A DNA stretch of 64,000 nucleotides from Candidatus Campbellbacteria bacterium (GCA_002747955.1 PDQZ01000009.1:949-64948); one strand, 5' to 3'; positions 9,406 through 18,888 are shown, counted from the first letter of the stretch. Program-made: numbers and translations. The notes: generated by a model from the letters alone, not told the origin.

Positions 9406-9542
9406 TTTTGCCTCCAATATCAAGATAAGTTCTTATTTCATTATATAATTTTTAAAATATAAGTCAATAATTTTCTTTACTTTTTGTTAAAAAAGGGTAT
9501 AATACTGCATAGTTTTTTAATTCACTAACATAGGAGAAAAAA

Positions 9543-10064
9543 ATGTTATTAACAAATTTTGAGATGGTAGATGGAGGGCTTTTAGACGAAAACATTCGTG
9601 AGAATGTTTTTGTTGATAAAAGTTACTCTATTTTTAGAGTAAACCTAAGCTCATCTTTTTTCTCAAACAGAAAATATGAAGCTTATGGTGACTGGAATTT
9701 TTGGTTGCAAAAAGACAGACTTGCACCAAATGGGGTTATGTGTAAACTTGGCTCTGGAGAAATTGAATTTTTTCAAGATGTTAACACCTACCATAATAAT
9801 TTGATTTACAGAGTCAAAGCAAAAAGATTTGGAAAAATAACGCAAAACAATAAATTTTCTCAAGTTAAATATCAAATGCAACTTGGAGAATATATTTATT
9901 TTTTCATTGTCTTTTCTCTGCCCGAATACATAAATTTTGATATTTATGATAAAAAGGGTAAAGTAATTGATTTTGTATGTCAAAAATACCAAAAACCACT
10001 AAGGCGTAAAACAAGTCTTGTGACTGAAAAAATATTTAGACACAGAACAAAACCTGCTTTTTAA
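9543..10064 (+). CDS. hypothetical protein, paralog A of a tandem pair
   Basis: Shares MLLTNF.., YGDW(N/D)FW, GSGEIEFF, VKYQ.QLGEY.YFFIVFSL with the ORF at 10267; RBS aggagaaaaaaATG. Confidence 0.7.
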   Translation: MLLTNFEMVDGGLLDENIRENVFVDKSYSIFRVNLSSSFFSNRKYEAYGDWNFWLQKDRLAPNGVMCKLGSGEIEFFQDVNTYHNNLIYRVKAKRFGKITQNNKFSQVKYQMQLGEYIYFFIVFSLPEYINFDIYDKKGKVIDFVCQKYQKPLRRKTSLVTEKIFRHRTKPAF

Positions 10065-10174
10065 AAGCAGGTTTTTTTAAAAGTATAAACACACACTAGT
10101 TCTTGGTTGGTTGTCTTTACTTCAAGTTTTTCTTTTGAAGCCTCGGGGCTATAAAAAAAATTTCTAAAATTCAT
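10061..10174 (-). pseudogene. duplicated promoter + 5' fragment of rsmE (first ~18 codons conserved), remnant 37-codon ORF
   Basis: About 76 bp at 10121-10196 nearly identical (few mismatches) to 50353-50428, which is the rsmE 5'UTR plus N-terminus; encodes MNFRNFFYSPEASKEKLE then diverges. Confidence 0.6.
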
Positions 10175-10266
10175 AAATACATTTTAGCATAAAACAAACA
10201 AATTTTCTTTACTTTTTTTCTAAAAACTATTAAATTTATGTTAAATTATTTCCAGGGGAGGAAAAA

Positions 10267-10740
10267 ATGTTATTAACAAATTTCAAAATTAAAAACGGTG
10301 GGTACTTACAAGGTAAATCAAGAGAGTATGTATATGTTGATGAAAAATACGCTCTTTTTAAGGTGGATCCACACGACCCTTCTCTTCACAAAGAAAAATA
10401 TGCTGCTTACGGAGATTGGGATTTCTGGGAGCATAGTGGCGGTATAATCACAAATGGGGTTATGCACAAAATTGGCTCTGGAGAAATTGAATTTTTTCCA
10501 GATACTAATTGTTATCATAATATTTTGATTTATAGAATCAAGGAAGAGGATTTCGGAAAAATAGTGGAAAATAATAAATATTCTCGAGTTAAATATCAAG
10601 TTCAACTTGGGGAGTATGTTTATTTTTTCATTGTCTTTTCTTTGTCTGACCATATAGATTTCTGTATTTATGATGAAAAGGGTAAGTTGGTTGATGCATT
10701 ATCTAAGAGATATAAAAAGCCACAAAAACGTAAAATTTAA
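10267..10740 (+). CDS. hypothetical protein, paralog B of a tandem pair
   Basis: Roughly half of residues identical to 9543..10064 with the same N-terminus and motifs; RBS gggaggaaaaaATG. Confidence 0.7.
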   Translation: MLLTNFKIKNGGYLQGKSREYVYVDEKYALFKVDPHDPSLHKEKYAAYGDWDFWEHSGGIITNGVMHKIGSGEIEFFPDTNCYHNILIYRIKEEDFGKIVENNKYSRVKYQVQLGEYVYFFIVFSLSDHIDFCIYDEKGKLVDALSKRYKKPQKRKI

Positions 10741-10812
10741 AAACAAACCAAAACCTGCTTGCAAGCAGGTTTTCTTTATTGGACCTTTAAAATATGGTAT
10801 AATACTTACATT

Positions 10813-13323
10813 ATGTTAAATTATATTAGAAATTTATTTGATGAAAATAAATCAATTTTGAAAAAAACTTATCCTATTGTAAAAAAGATAAATTCTTATG
10901 CAGATGAAATGAAAAATTTGTCTGATCAAGAACTTGAACAAAAAACTCAAGAATTCAAAAAAGCTTTAAAAGATGGTAAAACTTTGGACGACATTTTACC
11001 TGAAGCTTTTGCTGTGGTAAAAGAAGTTTCAACAAGAGCAACTGGACTTACTCCATACGACGTGCAGTTGATTGGTGGTATTTTGTTACATCAAGGAAGA
11101 ATTGCTGAGATGAAAACAGGTGAAGGTAAAACTTTGGTTGCTACACTTCCTACTTATTTAAACGCTTTGGAGGAAAAAGGAGCTCACATTGTAACTGTAA
11201 ACGACTATCTTTCAAGAAGAGATGCGGTTTGGGTAGGACAAATTTTTGCAAAACTTGGGCTTTCTGTCGGGGTGATAAACTCAGACAACCAATCTTATTT
11301 ATACGACCCAACTTACAGGGAACAGTTTGACGAAGCTCGTGATGAACTTGGATCTTTCAAAGTGGTTTATGAATTTCTAAAACCTTGTGATAGGAAAGAG
11401 GCTTACAAAGCAGACATTACTTACGGAACAAACTCAGAGTTTGGTTTTGACTATTTGAGAGACAACATCACAGCAGACAAAGAAGATTTAAGGCAAAGAG
11501 ATTTAAACTTTGCAATTGTCGATGAGATTGACTCAATTTTAATCGATGAAGCTCGTGTGCCGTTGATTATTTCAGCCGGAGCAAGTGAAAACCGACAAAT
11601 TTATATTACTTTTGCTGAAATTGCAAAACAGTTAAATGAAGGGGAAGATTTTGAAAAAGACGAAAAAACAAAATCAATTATTATTAAAGACAGCGGAATT
11701 GATAAAGCTGAAAAAGCACTTGGAATTGACAACTTGTATTCTGAAAAAGCAATGGTTTTGGTTGATCACTTAGAAACTGCTTTGAAAGCTAAAGCTTTGT
11801 ATAAAAAAGAAAAAGAATATGTTATCAAAAACGGTGAAGCGGTTATCGTTGATGAATTTACAGGAAGAATGCAAGACGGAAGACGATGGTCAGATGGTTT
11901 GCATCAAGCTATTGAAGCTAAAGAAGGGCTTGAGATTAAAGAAGAATCAAGAACTTTTGCATCTGTAACATACCAGAACTTCTTTAAGATGTATAAAAAA
12001 CTTTCAGGAATGACCGGAACTGCTGAAACATCAAAAGAAGAGTTTTTCAAAGTGTATCATTTAGATGTTGTGGTTGTGCCAACAAACAAACCTGTAACCC
12101 GAGTTGATAAAAAAGATTTGATTTTTGCAACCGAAAATGGAAAGTTTGAAGCTATTGCAAACAAAATTCAAGAGCTTTATGAAAAAGGGCAACCTGTTTT
12201 GGTCGGAACGGCTTCTGTTGAAAAATCAGAACTTCTTTCAGAATTTTTGGTTAAAAAAGGAATCAAACACACTATTTTGAATGCTAAAAACCACGAAAGT
12301 GAAGGAGAAATTATTGCAAACGCAGGTAAAAAATCAGCCGTAACGATTGCTACAAATATGGCAGGGCGTGGGGTTGATATTAAGCTTGGTGGAGCTCTTG
12401 CGTCTGAAGAGGAAAAGCAAGAAGTTCTGAAAAATGGAGGACTTTATATTTTAGGTACAGAAAGACACGAATCAAGAAGAATTGACAACCAGCTTCGAGG
12501 ACGTTCTGGACGTCAAGGGGATGTGGGAGAAACTCAATTTTATATTTCACTTGATGACCACTTAATGCGAGTTTTTGGAAATCAAGAATTTATGAAAAAA
12601 ATTCTTCTGAAAAAAGTTGAACTTGAAGGTGGGGAAGACAAACCGATTGAGTCAAAAATCATGTCTTCAAATGTTGAAAAAGCTCAGGAGAAAATTGAAG
12701 GATTTCATTTTGACGCCCGAAAACATGTTTTGGAATACGACGATGTTTTGGATGTTCAAAGAAAAGCTATTTACAAAAAAAGACGAGATATTTTACTTGC
12801 TGAAAACGAAGATATTTTTGAATTTTTTAAAAGTGAATTTAAAGATAACCAAGAATTTTTGGATCAAACAAATCAGAAAATTGAAAAATTGAATCGAGAT
12901 GACTTTTTGAACTTTATTAAAAAAGTTTATTTAACTTCAATTGATACAATTTGGGTGGAGCACTTAAACGTGATGGAACATTTAAAGTCAGCTGTTTCTT
13001 TGCAATCTTACGGGCAAAAAGATCCGGTAGTGGAATATAAAAAAGAAGCTAAAAAATATTTTGAAAATATTTTTGAAGATATTAAAGGAAATGTTTTGAA
13101 AAATATAAACGCTGTAGACCCAGATCAGATTTTGGCAAATTTGGAAAGACAAACAGAGATTGAAAGAAAAGCCAAAGAAGCAGTTAAAAATTCAGAAAGG
13201 GCAGAAGAAGGAAATAAAAAGAAAAAACCAATTGTAAAAAAGAATGAGGAGAAAATTGGGAGAAATGATAAGTGTCCATGCGGAAGTGGAAAGAAGTATA
13301 AGAACTGCTGTATGAAACACTAA
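10813..13323 (+). CDS. secA: preprotein translocase ATPase SecA
   Basis: DEAD-like motor motifs (..MKTGEGKTLVATLP.., ..DEIDSILIDEARVPLIIS..), C-terminal zinc finger CPCGSGKKYKNCC; start at ATG 10813 just after a tataat (tatggtataat). Confidence 0.9.
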   Translation: MLNYIRNLFDENKSILKKTYPIVKKINSYADEMKNLSDQELEQKTQEFKKALKDGKTLDDILPEAFAVVKEVSTRATGLTPYDVQLIGGILLHQGRIAEMKTGEGKTLVATLPTYLNALEEKGAHIVTVNDYLSRRDAVWVGQIFAKLGLSVGVINSDNQSYLYDPTYREQFDEARDELGSFKVVYEFLKPCDRKEAYKADITYGTNSEFGFDYLRDNITADKEDLRQRDLNFAIVDEIDSILIDEARVPLIISAGASENRQIYITFAEIAKQLNEGEDFEKDEKTKSIIIKDSGIDKAEKALGIDNLYSEKAMVLVDHLETALKAKALYKKEKEYVIKNGEAVIVDEFTGRMQDGRRWSDGLHQAIEAKEGLEIKEESRTFASVTYQNFFKMYKKLSGMTGTAETSKEEFFKVYHLDVVVVPTNKPVTRVDKKDLIFATENGKFEAIANKIQELYEKGQPVLVGTASVEKSELLSEFLVKKGIKHTILNAKNHESEGEIIANAGKKSAVTIATNMAGRGVDIKLGGALASEEEKQEVLKNGGLYILGTERHESRRIDNQLRGRSGRQGDVGETQFYISLDDHLMRVFGNQEFMKKILLKKVELEGGEDKPIESKIMSSNVEKAQEKIEGFHFDARKHVLEYDDVLDVQRKAIYKKRRDILLAENEDIFEFFKSEFKDNQEFLDQTNQKIEKLNRDDFLNFIKKVYLTSIDTIWVEHLNVMEHLKSAVSLQSYGQKDPVVEYKKEAKKYFENIFEDIKGNVLKNINAVDPDQILANLERQTEIERKAKEAVKNSERAEEGNKKKKPIVKKNEEKIGRNDKCPCGSGKKYKNCCMKH

Positions 13324-13760
13324 AAAACTTTAAAAACCAGCGGCTAACTTTGTCAGCTTCGCAAAAAAAATCCCTCACCGTACTGTTCGTACGGCTCGGG
13401 TTTTTTTTGTTCGCTTCCGCGTTATCCATCTGGTTTTTAAAGTTTTTACAAAATTTTAAAAATGAGCGACTAACTTCGTTGGCTTCATAAAATTATTTCT
13501 CAACGTACTTCAAGTACGTCTCAATAATTTTATTCGTCGCCTCGTTATTCATCTGGTTTTTAAAGTTTTTACAAAACTTGAAAAATTGGCAGATTGCTTT
13601 GTTGTCTTCATAAAAAAATTTCTCAACGTAATAACACATACGTATCCAAATTTTTTTACTCGACGCCTCGCACTCTACTCAATTTTTAAAGTTTTTACAA
13701 AACTTGAGAAATTGGTGAACCTCATCTAATTTTTAGCGCTTCATTGTGAAAGTAGAAAAT
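13324..13760. repeat. tandem array of a modular ~115-125 bp intergenic repeat (3 full units + partial 4th); each unit has a cgta..tacg hairpin followed by a T-run
   Basis: Units share the aaagtttttacaaaacttgaaaaat(t)g junction, agc..ctaactttgttggcttc, (c/t)tca(a/c)cgta-N5-9-tacg hairpin, tttttt, cg.cgcctcg; homologous arrays at 54738 and 58366. Confidence 0.8.
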
Positions 13761-13860
13761 AAAAAATTTTAAAAACAAAAAGCCAAATAACACTGCGCTT
13801 TATTTGGCTTTTTTTTGTATAATTTTCACTTGCTTTTTTATTTAAAAGTGTTATAATTAA

Positions 13861-13985
13861 AAAAGCTTGGGGGTGCACCTCTCTAAAACATCTATGTTTT
13901 CAGACAACACGACCCTTACTTGCACCTCCAAGCTTTTTGTCCACCACTTCTGTGAGTGGTTTTTTATTTTGAATTTTTTTAAAAA
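13861..13985 (+). ncRNA. candidate structured RNA / 5' leader upstream of ppa (long-loop hairpin plus terminator-like hairpin)
   Basis: aagcttgggggtgcac..45 nt with nested hairpin..gtgcacctccaagctt, then ccact-tctgtg-agtgg + T-run immediately before the ppa promoter/start. Confidence 0.25.
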
Positions 13986-14005
13986 TTTTGTATAATAATT
14001 GTGTT

Positions 14006-14530
14006 ATGAATTTATTACACGACATACCTGCAGGAAGTGCAGATGAAATGAATGTTATTATTGAAATTCCTAAATTTTCAAAAAACAAATACGAGATTGA
14101 TAAAGAAACTGGGCTTATTGCTTTGGACAGGGTAATGCACACAGCTCAAGATTATCCATTTGACTATGGTTTTGTACCACAAACACTTTACGATGATGGA
14201 GATGCTCTTGATGTTGTGGTTTTAACAACACACGCACTTGCACCTGGGATTTTGGTAAGATGTCGTCCAGTGGCTGTAATGGAAATGGTTGACGATGGAG
14301 AAGCTGACGATAAAGTTATTGCAGTTCCAGTTGATGACCCTCGTTTTGACGAAGTTCAAGATTTAGGAGATTTAAATACACACTTTTTAAAAGAAATGAA
14401 ACACTTTTTTGGAACTTACAAGAAAATCCAAAACAAAGAAGTTTCAGTGGGAGATTTCAAGAATGCACAAGAGGCAAAAGATGCATTTGAGAAGTCAGTT
14501 GCTATGTACAAAGAAGACAAAGAAAAATAA
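14006..14530 (+). CDS. ppa: inorganic pyrophosphatase
   Basis: ..DYPFDYGFVPQTLYDDGDALDVVVL.. family I PPase signature; ATG 14006 lies 9 bp after a tataat (possibly leaderless); the listed ORF used an upstream TTG. Confidence 0.9.
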   Translation: MNLLHDIPAGSADEMNVIIEIPKFSKNKYEIDKETGLIALDRVMHTAQDYPFDYGFVPQTLYDDGDALDVVVLTTHALAPGILVRCRPVAVMEMVDDGEADDKVIAVPVDDPRFDEVQDLGDLNTHFLKEMKHFFGTYKKIQNKEVSVGDFKNAQEAKDAFEKSVAMYKEDKEK

Positions 14531-14560
14531 AAAACTTGAAAAATTGGTGACTTGATTTGT
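14531..14560. repeat. partial copy of the modular repeat junction motif (aaaacttgaaaaattggtga)
   Basis: Matches unit-start motif of the 13324 array (acaaaacttgagaaattggtgaacc). Confidence 0.5.
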
Positions 14561-14662
14561 TAGTTTAATTTAGAAATGTTTTGTTTGTAAAAAAGATGCA
14601 AATTTGACTTCGTCAAATTTGCATCTTTTTGTTTTTTGTTTTCAAAATGTTAAAATGTCTTT

Positions 14663-16639
14663 ATGAAAAATATTAAAATAGAAAAATTATCAAAAAAAGA
14701 TTTAGAATTTTTAAAATGGAAGAAAAAAGATATTTTAGAAATTCCACAGCTCTATAAACAAAGTTTAGAAGAAGAACTTAAAAAAATCAAAAGTATTAAA
14801 AAAGAAGATAGAACTTTTCAAAATACAGTTCTAGCTTTAGATTATGCAGGGCAGAATTTTTCAGAAAAAATTTATCAAGTAAATTTACTTTTTAACTTAA
14901 GTGGCAATGCTGAAATTAGAAATGCAGCTTTTGAAGCTGAAATGAAAATTTCTGATATTTCAACTGCTTTGTTTTTAGATAAAAAACTTTATGAAGCACT
15001 TTTAGAATATAAATCTAAAAAAGAAAAATTAAACAAAATTGATCAAAAACTTTTAAATGAATCTATTAAAACTTTTAAAGATGCAGGTTTTGATTTGGAT
15101 CCCCAAAAGCAAAAAGAAGTAAAAAAACTTACTCAAAAAATCACAAAACTTTCTTCAAAGTTTATGAAAAATGTAAACGATTATCAAGATTATGTTATTT
15201 TGCCAAAAGACCAAACAGCTGGTCTTTCTGAAAACTATTTAAATACTCTGAAAAAAGATAAAAAAGGAAATTATATTGTAACACTTTCGTATGCTGATTT
15301 TGGAACTTTTGTTTTTAAATCTGAAAATGAAGAATTGAGAAAAAAACTTTTGGAAAAAAATGCTAAAAAAGGTGGAAGGCAAAATCTAAAAATTTTAAAT
15401 CAAATTTTAGATTTGAAAAAACAAAAAGCTAAAATTTTAGGTCATAAAAATCACGCTGAACATGCATTGGCAAATAAAATGGCAAAAAAACCTGAAATTG
15501 TAAATAAATTTTTGGATGATATTTACAAAAAAGTTAAAAAAGGTGCTTTAAAAGATGAAAAAGAACTTTTGGATTATAAAATTTCAAAAACAGGAAATAA
15601 AAAAGACAAACTTTACTTTTATGATGCTTCATTTTATGCAGATCAATTACAAAAAGAAAAATACAACATTGACGCAGAAGAAATAAGACAGTATTTTGTC
15701 TTAGATGATGTTTTGAAAAATATGTTTGATCTTTTTGGAAAGCTTTTTGATTTTAAAGTTGTAGAGAAAAAAACAAAACTTTGGCATAAAGATGCAAAAA
15801 TGTTTGCTCTACAAAGAAATAAAAAAGATATTGCTTATTTAGTTTTAGACTTATTTCCACGAGAAGGGAAATATGGACACGCTTGTATGACAAACTGGAA
15901 AGACGCTGGGTTAAGTTATGATGCTAAAACTTTTAAACTACCAATTACAGTTTTGATTTGTAATTTTAGAAAACCAACTAAAAAACTTCCGTCTTTATTA
16001 TCGCTTGGAGAAGTTGAAACTATTTTTCACGAGTTTGGACACGCACTTCATAATTCTTTAACAAAAGCTAAATATCCATCTTTTGTTGGAACAAATGTAA
16101 AATGGGATTTTGTCGAAACTCCATCACAGCTTTTGGAAAACTGGTTAAAAGAAGAAAAAGTTTTAAGAAAAATCACAAAGCATTACCAAACTGGAAAAAG
16201 AATGCCACAAAAAATGATTCAAAATATTTTAAATGCAGACAAATTTCAAAAAGCATCTTTTTATGCAAATCAATTATGTTACGGAATTATAGATATGATT
16301 TTACATACAAAAGGACATAAAAATCCAGAAAAACTTTTTTTAAAATTGAAAAAAGAAATTTCTTCTGTGAAGCCAACCAAAGAATCACTTTTTCCAGCAT
16401 CATTTGGGCATATTGTTGGTGGATATGATGCGGGGTACTATTCTTATTTATGGGCTGAAGTTTTTTCAGATGACATTTATTCTGAATTTAAAAAAGAAGG
16501 TATTTTTTCAAAAAAAGTTGGAAAAAGATATTTAAAAGAAATTTTAGAACAAGGTTCAGAGAGGGAAGAGACAGAAAGCATAAAAGAGTTTCTAAAAAGA
16601 AAGCCAAACAACAAAGCTTTTTTGAAAAAGTTAAAATAA
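14663..16639 (+). CDS. M3-family zinc oligopeptidase (oligopeptidase A/F-like)
   Basis: HEFGHALH zinc-binding HEXXH in M3 context (..TIFHEFGHALHNSL..); length 658 aa. Confidence 0.8.
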   Translation: MKNIKIEKLSKKDLEFLKWKKKDILEIPQLYKQSLEEELKKIKSIKKEDRTFQNTVLALDYAGQNFSEKIYQVNLLFNLSGNAEIRNAAFEAEMKISDISTALFLDKKLYEALLEYKSKKEKLNKIDQKLLNESIKTFKDAGFDLDPQKQKEVKKLTQKITKLSSKFMKNVNDYQDYVILPKDQTAGLSENYLNTLKKDKKGNYIVTLSYADFGTFVFKSENEELRKKLLEKNAKKGGRQNLKILNQILDLKKQKAKILGHKNHAEHALANKMAKKPEIVNKFLDDIYKKVKKGALKDEKELLDYKISKTGNKKDKLYFYDASFYADQLQKEKYNIDAEEIRQYFVLDDVLKNMFDLFGKLFDFKVVEKKTKLWHKDAKMFALQRNKKDIAYLVLDLFPREGKYGHACMTNWKDAGLSYDAKTFKLPITVLICNFRKPTKKLPSLLSLGEVETIFHEFGHALHNSLTKAKYPSFVGTNVKWDFVETPSQLLENWLKEEKVLRKITKHYQTGKRMPQKMIQNILNADKFQKASFYANQLCYGIIDMILHTKGHKNPEKLFLKLKKEISSVKPTKESLFPASFGHIVGGYDAGYYSYLWAEVFSDDIYSEFKKEGIFSKKVGKRYLKEILEQGSEREETESIKEFLKRKPNNKAFLKKLK

Positions 16640-16651
16640 TTATATAAAACA

Positions 16652-16708
16652 AAAAAGCCCATTTTCGCTCAATGTTTAATTTAAAAAAGGGCGAAAATGG
16701 GCTTTTTT
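16652..16708. repeat. 55-bp hairpin element (arms aaagcccattttcgc / gcgaaaatgggcttt), copy 1; bidirectional terminator-like
   Basis: Near-identical copies at 50454-50512 (opposite orientation) and 55047-55103. Confidence 0.75.
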
Positions 16709-16736
16709 GTTCTTAAATTTTTGTTATAATTTAAAT

Positions 16737-17807
16737 ATGATGGAAAAATTTATAAAACCAAGATCTGTTGAACAAAAAGAGGGAAAAACAGAAGAGGAAA
16801 TTTTAAATACAGTTTATGAGCTTCAGGAAAATGATGAAAAAAAATTTAGTGATTTTGCCTCTAAAACTGAGGTTTTGTATGGTAAAAAACCAGAAGATAT
16901 TTTTGCTTTAAATAAATTTTTTAAACAAAAAGAAATTCAAAAAGTAAAAAATGAAATAAATCCTTTAGAGTTTTCTTCTCAAAATGGAGGATTGTATGAT
17001 CCAAAATTAGTTAATGACCATTTAGAAATAGCAAGAAAAAGGAGAAAAAAATTTGACCAAATAGATAGGGCGAAAATAGAAAGTTTTATAGAACATAACC
17101 AAGTTAATTTAGCAAAAGAATTTTTTAAAAAACAACTTTTAGCCCAGTCCTTTGAAGACGTATTGCCTTGTTTGGTTAACAAGTATGCTTTGTTTGGTGA
17201 ACACACAAATGCTTACAAAACTTGTGATTATGATGATATGGAAAATGGAATTGATATGATTTTGGAGTATTCAGATGATAATAAAGATAAAAATGGAGTA
17301 ATAGCTAATTCTTATGCGGGTGTGGGGATTGATTTGTGTATTGGAAATACAGAAACAGTTGAATCAAAAGTAAATAATATCAGAAATAAACTTTGGAGAG
17401 ATGAAAGTTATAAAGTTGACTATTTTAAAAGCAAAAGTGGGTATATGGGAGGCTTAAATAATTTAGCTAGAGTTGTAGTTTCTGGAAGTACAAATACAGC
17501 CTTAATGCTTTCAGAAGCATATATGCACAATGAAAAAAATGGTACAAAAAGGGATATTCAAAACTATAGATTCATGACCCAGTCTCTTGAGGAAATTTTA
17601 CTTCAAATAAAATATTATAAGAAAGAGACAGATGATCAAAATATTTTAAACCAATATAACTTGATTCAACACAACACAGAGAAAGTTTTGGCACAAAGAA
17701 TTAAAAAAATGGGAGAAGAAAAATATTTACAATTAAGGCAAAGCTATGATAGAGGCTATTACGCTTTAAAAGATGCTTTAGAAGAATCTTACAATTCAGA
17801 AAATTAA
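16737..17807 (+). CDS. hypothetical protein (~356 aa)
   Basis: Long ORF; start at MMEKF (16737) preferred over the upstream in-frame start; no recognisable motif. Confidence 0.55.
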   Translation: MMEKFIKPRSVEQKEGKTEEEILNTVYELQENDEKKFSDFASKTEVLYGKKPEDIFALNKFFKQKEIQKVKNEINPLEFSSQNGGLYDPKLVNDHLEIARKRRKKFDQIDRAKIESFIEHNQVNLAKEFFKKQLLAQSFEDVLPCLVNKYALFGEHTNAYKTCDYDDMENGIDMILEYSDDNKDKNGVIANSYAGVGIDLCIGNTETVESKVNNIRNKLWRDESYKVDYFKSKSGYMGGLNNLARVVVSGSTNTALMLSEAYMHNEKNGTKRDIQNYRFMTQSLEEILLQIKYYKKETDDQNILNQYNLIQHNTEKVLAQRIKKMGEEKYLQLRQSYDRGYYALKDALEESYNSEN

Positions 17808-17891
17808 CTTTAAAAAGTTAGTTTTTTATAACTTGAAATTTATTTTTTATATATTACAATTAAAAAGGTTTCATTCATCTGGAGTAATAAA

Positions 17892-18257
17892 ATGAATTTA
17901 GGGCAGAGGGTTTTGGTTGTTGATTTACCTCCAAAAAAATCAACAAAAGGGTATTATGACTTTTCGCACGAAGTTTGTGTGTATACACTTTCTTGTGATA
18001 AAAAAAGTTATCAATTTTTGTTATGTTTTGAATTGTCAGATTTAAGACACGATGAATCTTTGGAGTATGTCAAAAACATTTTTGCTGAAGGAGATATGTT
18101 TGTCCCAAAGACTTGTGGAAAAGTTAGGTTTGACTTAAGAATCGAAGATAAACAAAAATTTATCTCCGTTCTTAAGAATTATTTTTCTGATATTATAAAT
18201 TCTGAAGAAAATTGTGAATTGCAAAAATTTTTTCAGAATCAAAAAGTTGCAGTTTAA
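17892..18257 (+). CDS. hypothetical protein (121 aa)
   Basis: ORF with RBS ggagtaataaaATG; no known motif. Confidence 0.5.
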   Translation: MNLGQRVLVVDLPPKKSTKGYYDFSHEVCVYTLSCDKKSYQFLLCFELSDLRHDESLEYVKNIFAEGDMFVPKTCGKVRFDLRIEDKQKFISVLKNYFSDIINSEENCELQKFFQNQKVAV

Positions 18258-18302
18258 AAAACAAAAAAGCAAAGCCTTGTGGTTTTGCTTTTTAATTTTA
18301 TT

Positions 18303-18791
18303 TTAAAATCTTTTGTTTTTTATTTCTCTTTGGGCATTTCTTAGGTCGTCTCGTTTTTTTAGACTTTCTCTTTTATCATGTTTCTTTTTCCCTTTGGCTA
18401 GAGCAAAGGAAAGTTTAATATTGTGGTTTAAAACAAAAAAGTTTAAAGGAATTAAAGTTAGTCTGTCTGCTTTTACTTTTTTTTGAAGTTTTTCAATTTC
18501 GTTTCGGTTTAGCAAAAGTTTTCTTTCTCGATAGGGGTCGTAGGAGTCGGGAGTGTTTTTTTCTTGATAGGGTGGAATAAAAAAGTTTTTTAAAAAAACT
18601 TCAGTTGTGCCTTTTTTGTTTAACTTTTTTCCTTTGTTGTCAGATTCTCTTAAAGTTACAAAAGAACCTCCAAAAGAACCTCCTTTGGTTTTAAGAGATT
18701 TTACTTCAAAGCCGTATAAAACAATTCCGGCTTCAAATTTATCCAAAATTTCGTAGTTAAATGTTGCTTTTTTGTTTTTAATAATAATCAT
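18303..18791 (-). CDS. smpB: SsrA-binding protein SmpB
   Basis: ..ATFNYEILDKFEAGIVLYGFEVKSLK.. SmpB N-terminal signature; start at MIIIKNKK (18791) downstream of a tataat. Confidence 0.85.
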   Translation of the reverse strand: MIIIKNKKATFNYEILDKFEAGIVLYGFEVKSLKTKGGSFGGSFVTLRESDNKGKKLNKKGTTEVFLKNFFIPPYQEKNTPDSYDPYRERKLLLNRNEIEKLQKKVKADRLTLIPLNFFVLNHNIKLSFALAKGKKKHDKRESLKKRDDLRNAQREIKNKRF

Positions 18792-18888
18792 GAAAATATT
18801 ATAACATTTTAAATATTTTAAAAAACTTGACATATATTTTTAGATTGGTAGAATATAGGAAGTTTAATAACCAAAATAGGAGAAAAAA

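Noticed and set aside
12617-12892. Plus-strand 91-aa ORF inside secA in another frame
   Set aside because: Embedded out of frame in a conserved SecA region; a shadow ORF
13324-13760. Possibility that the tandem repeats are a CRISPR array
   Set aside because: Repeat units are about 115-125 bp and mutually similar along their whole length, with no short constant repeat alternating with unique spacers, and there are no cas genes in the window
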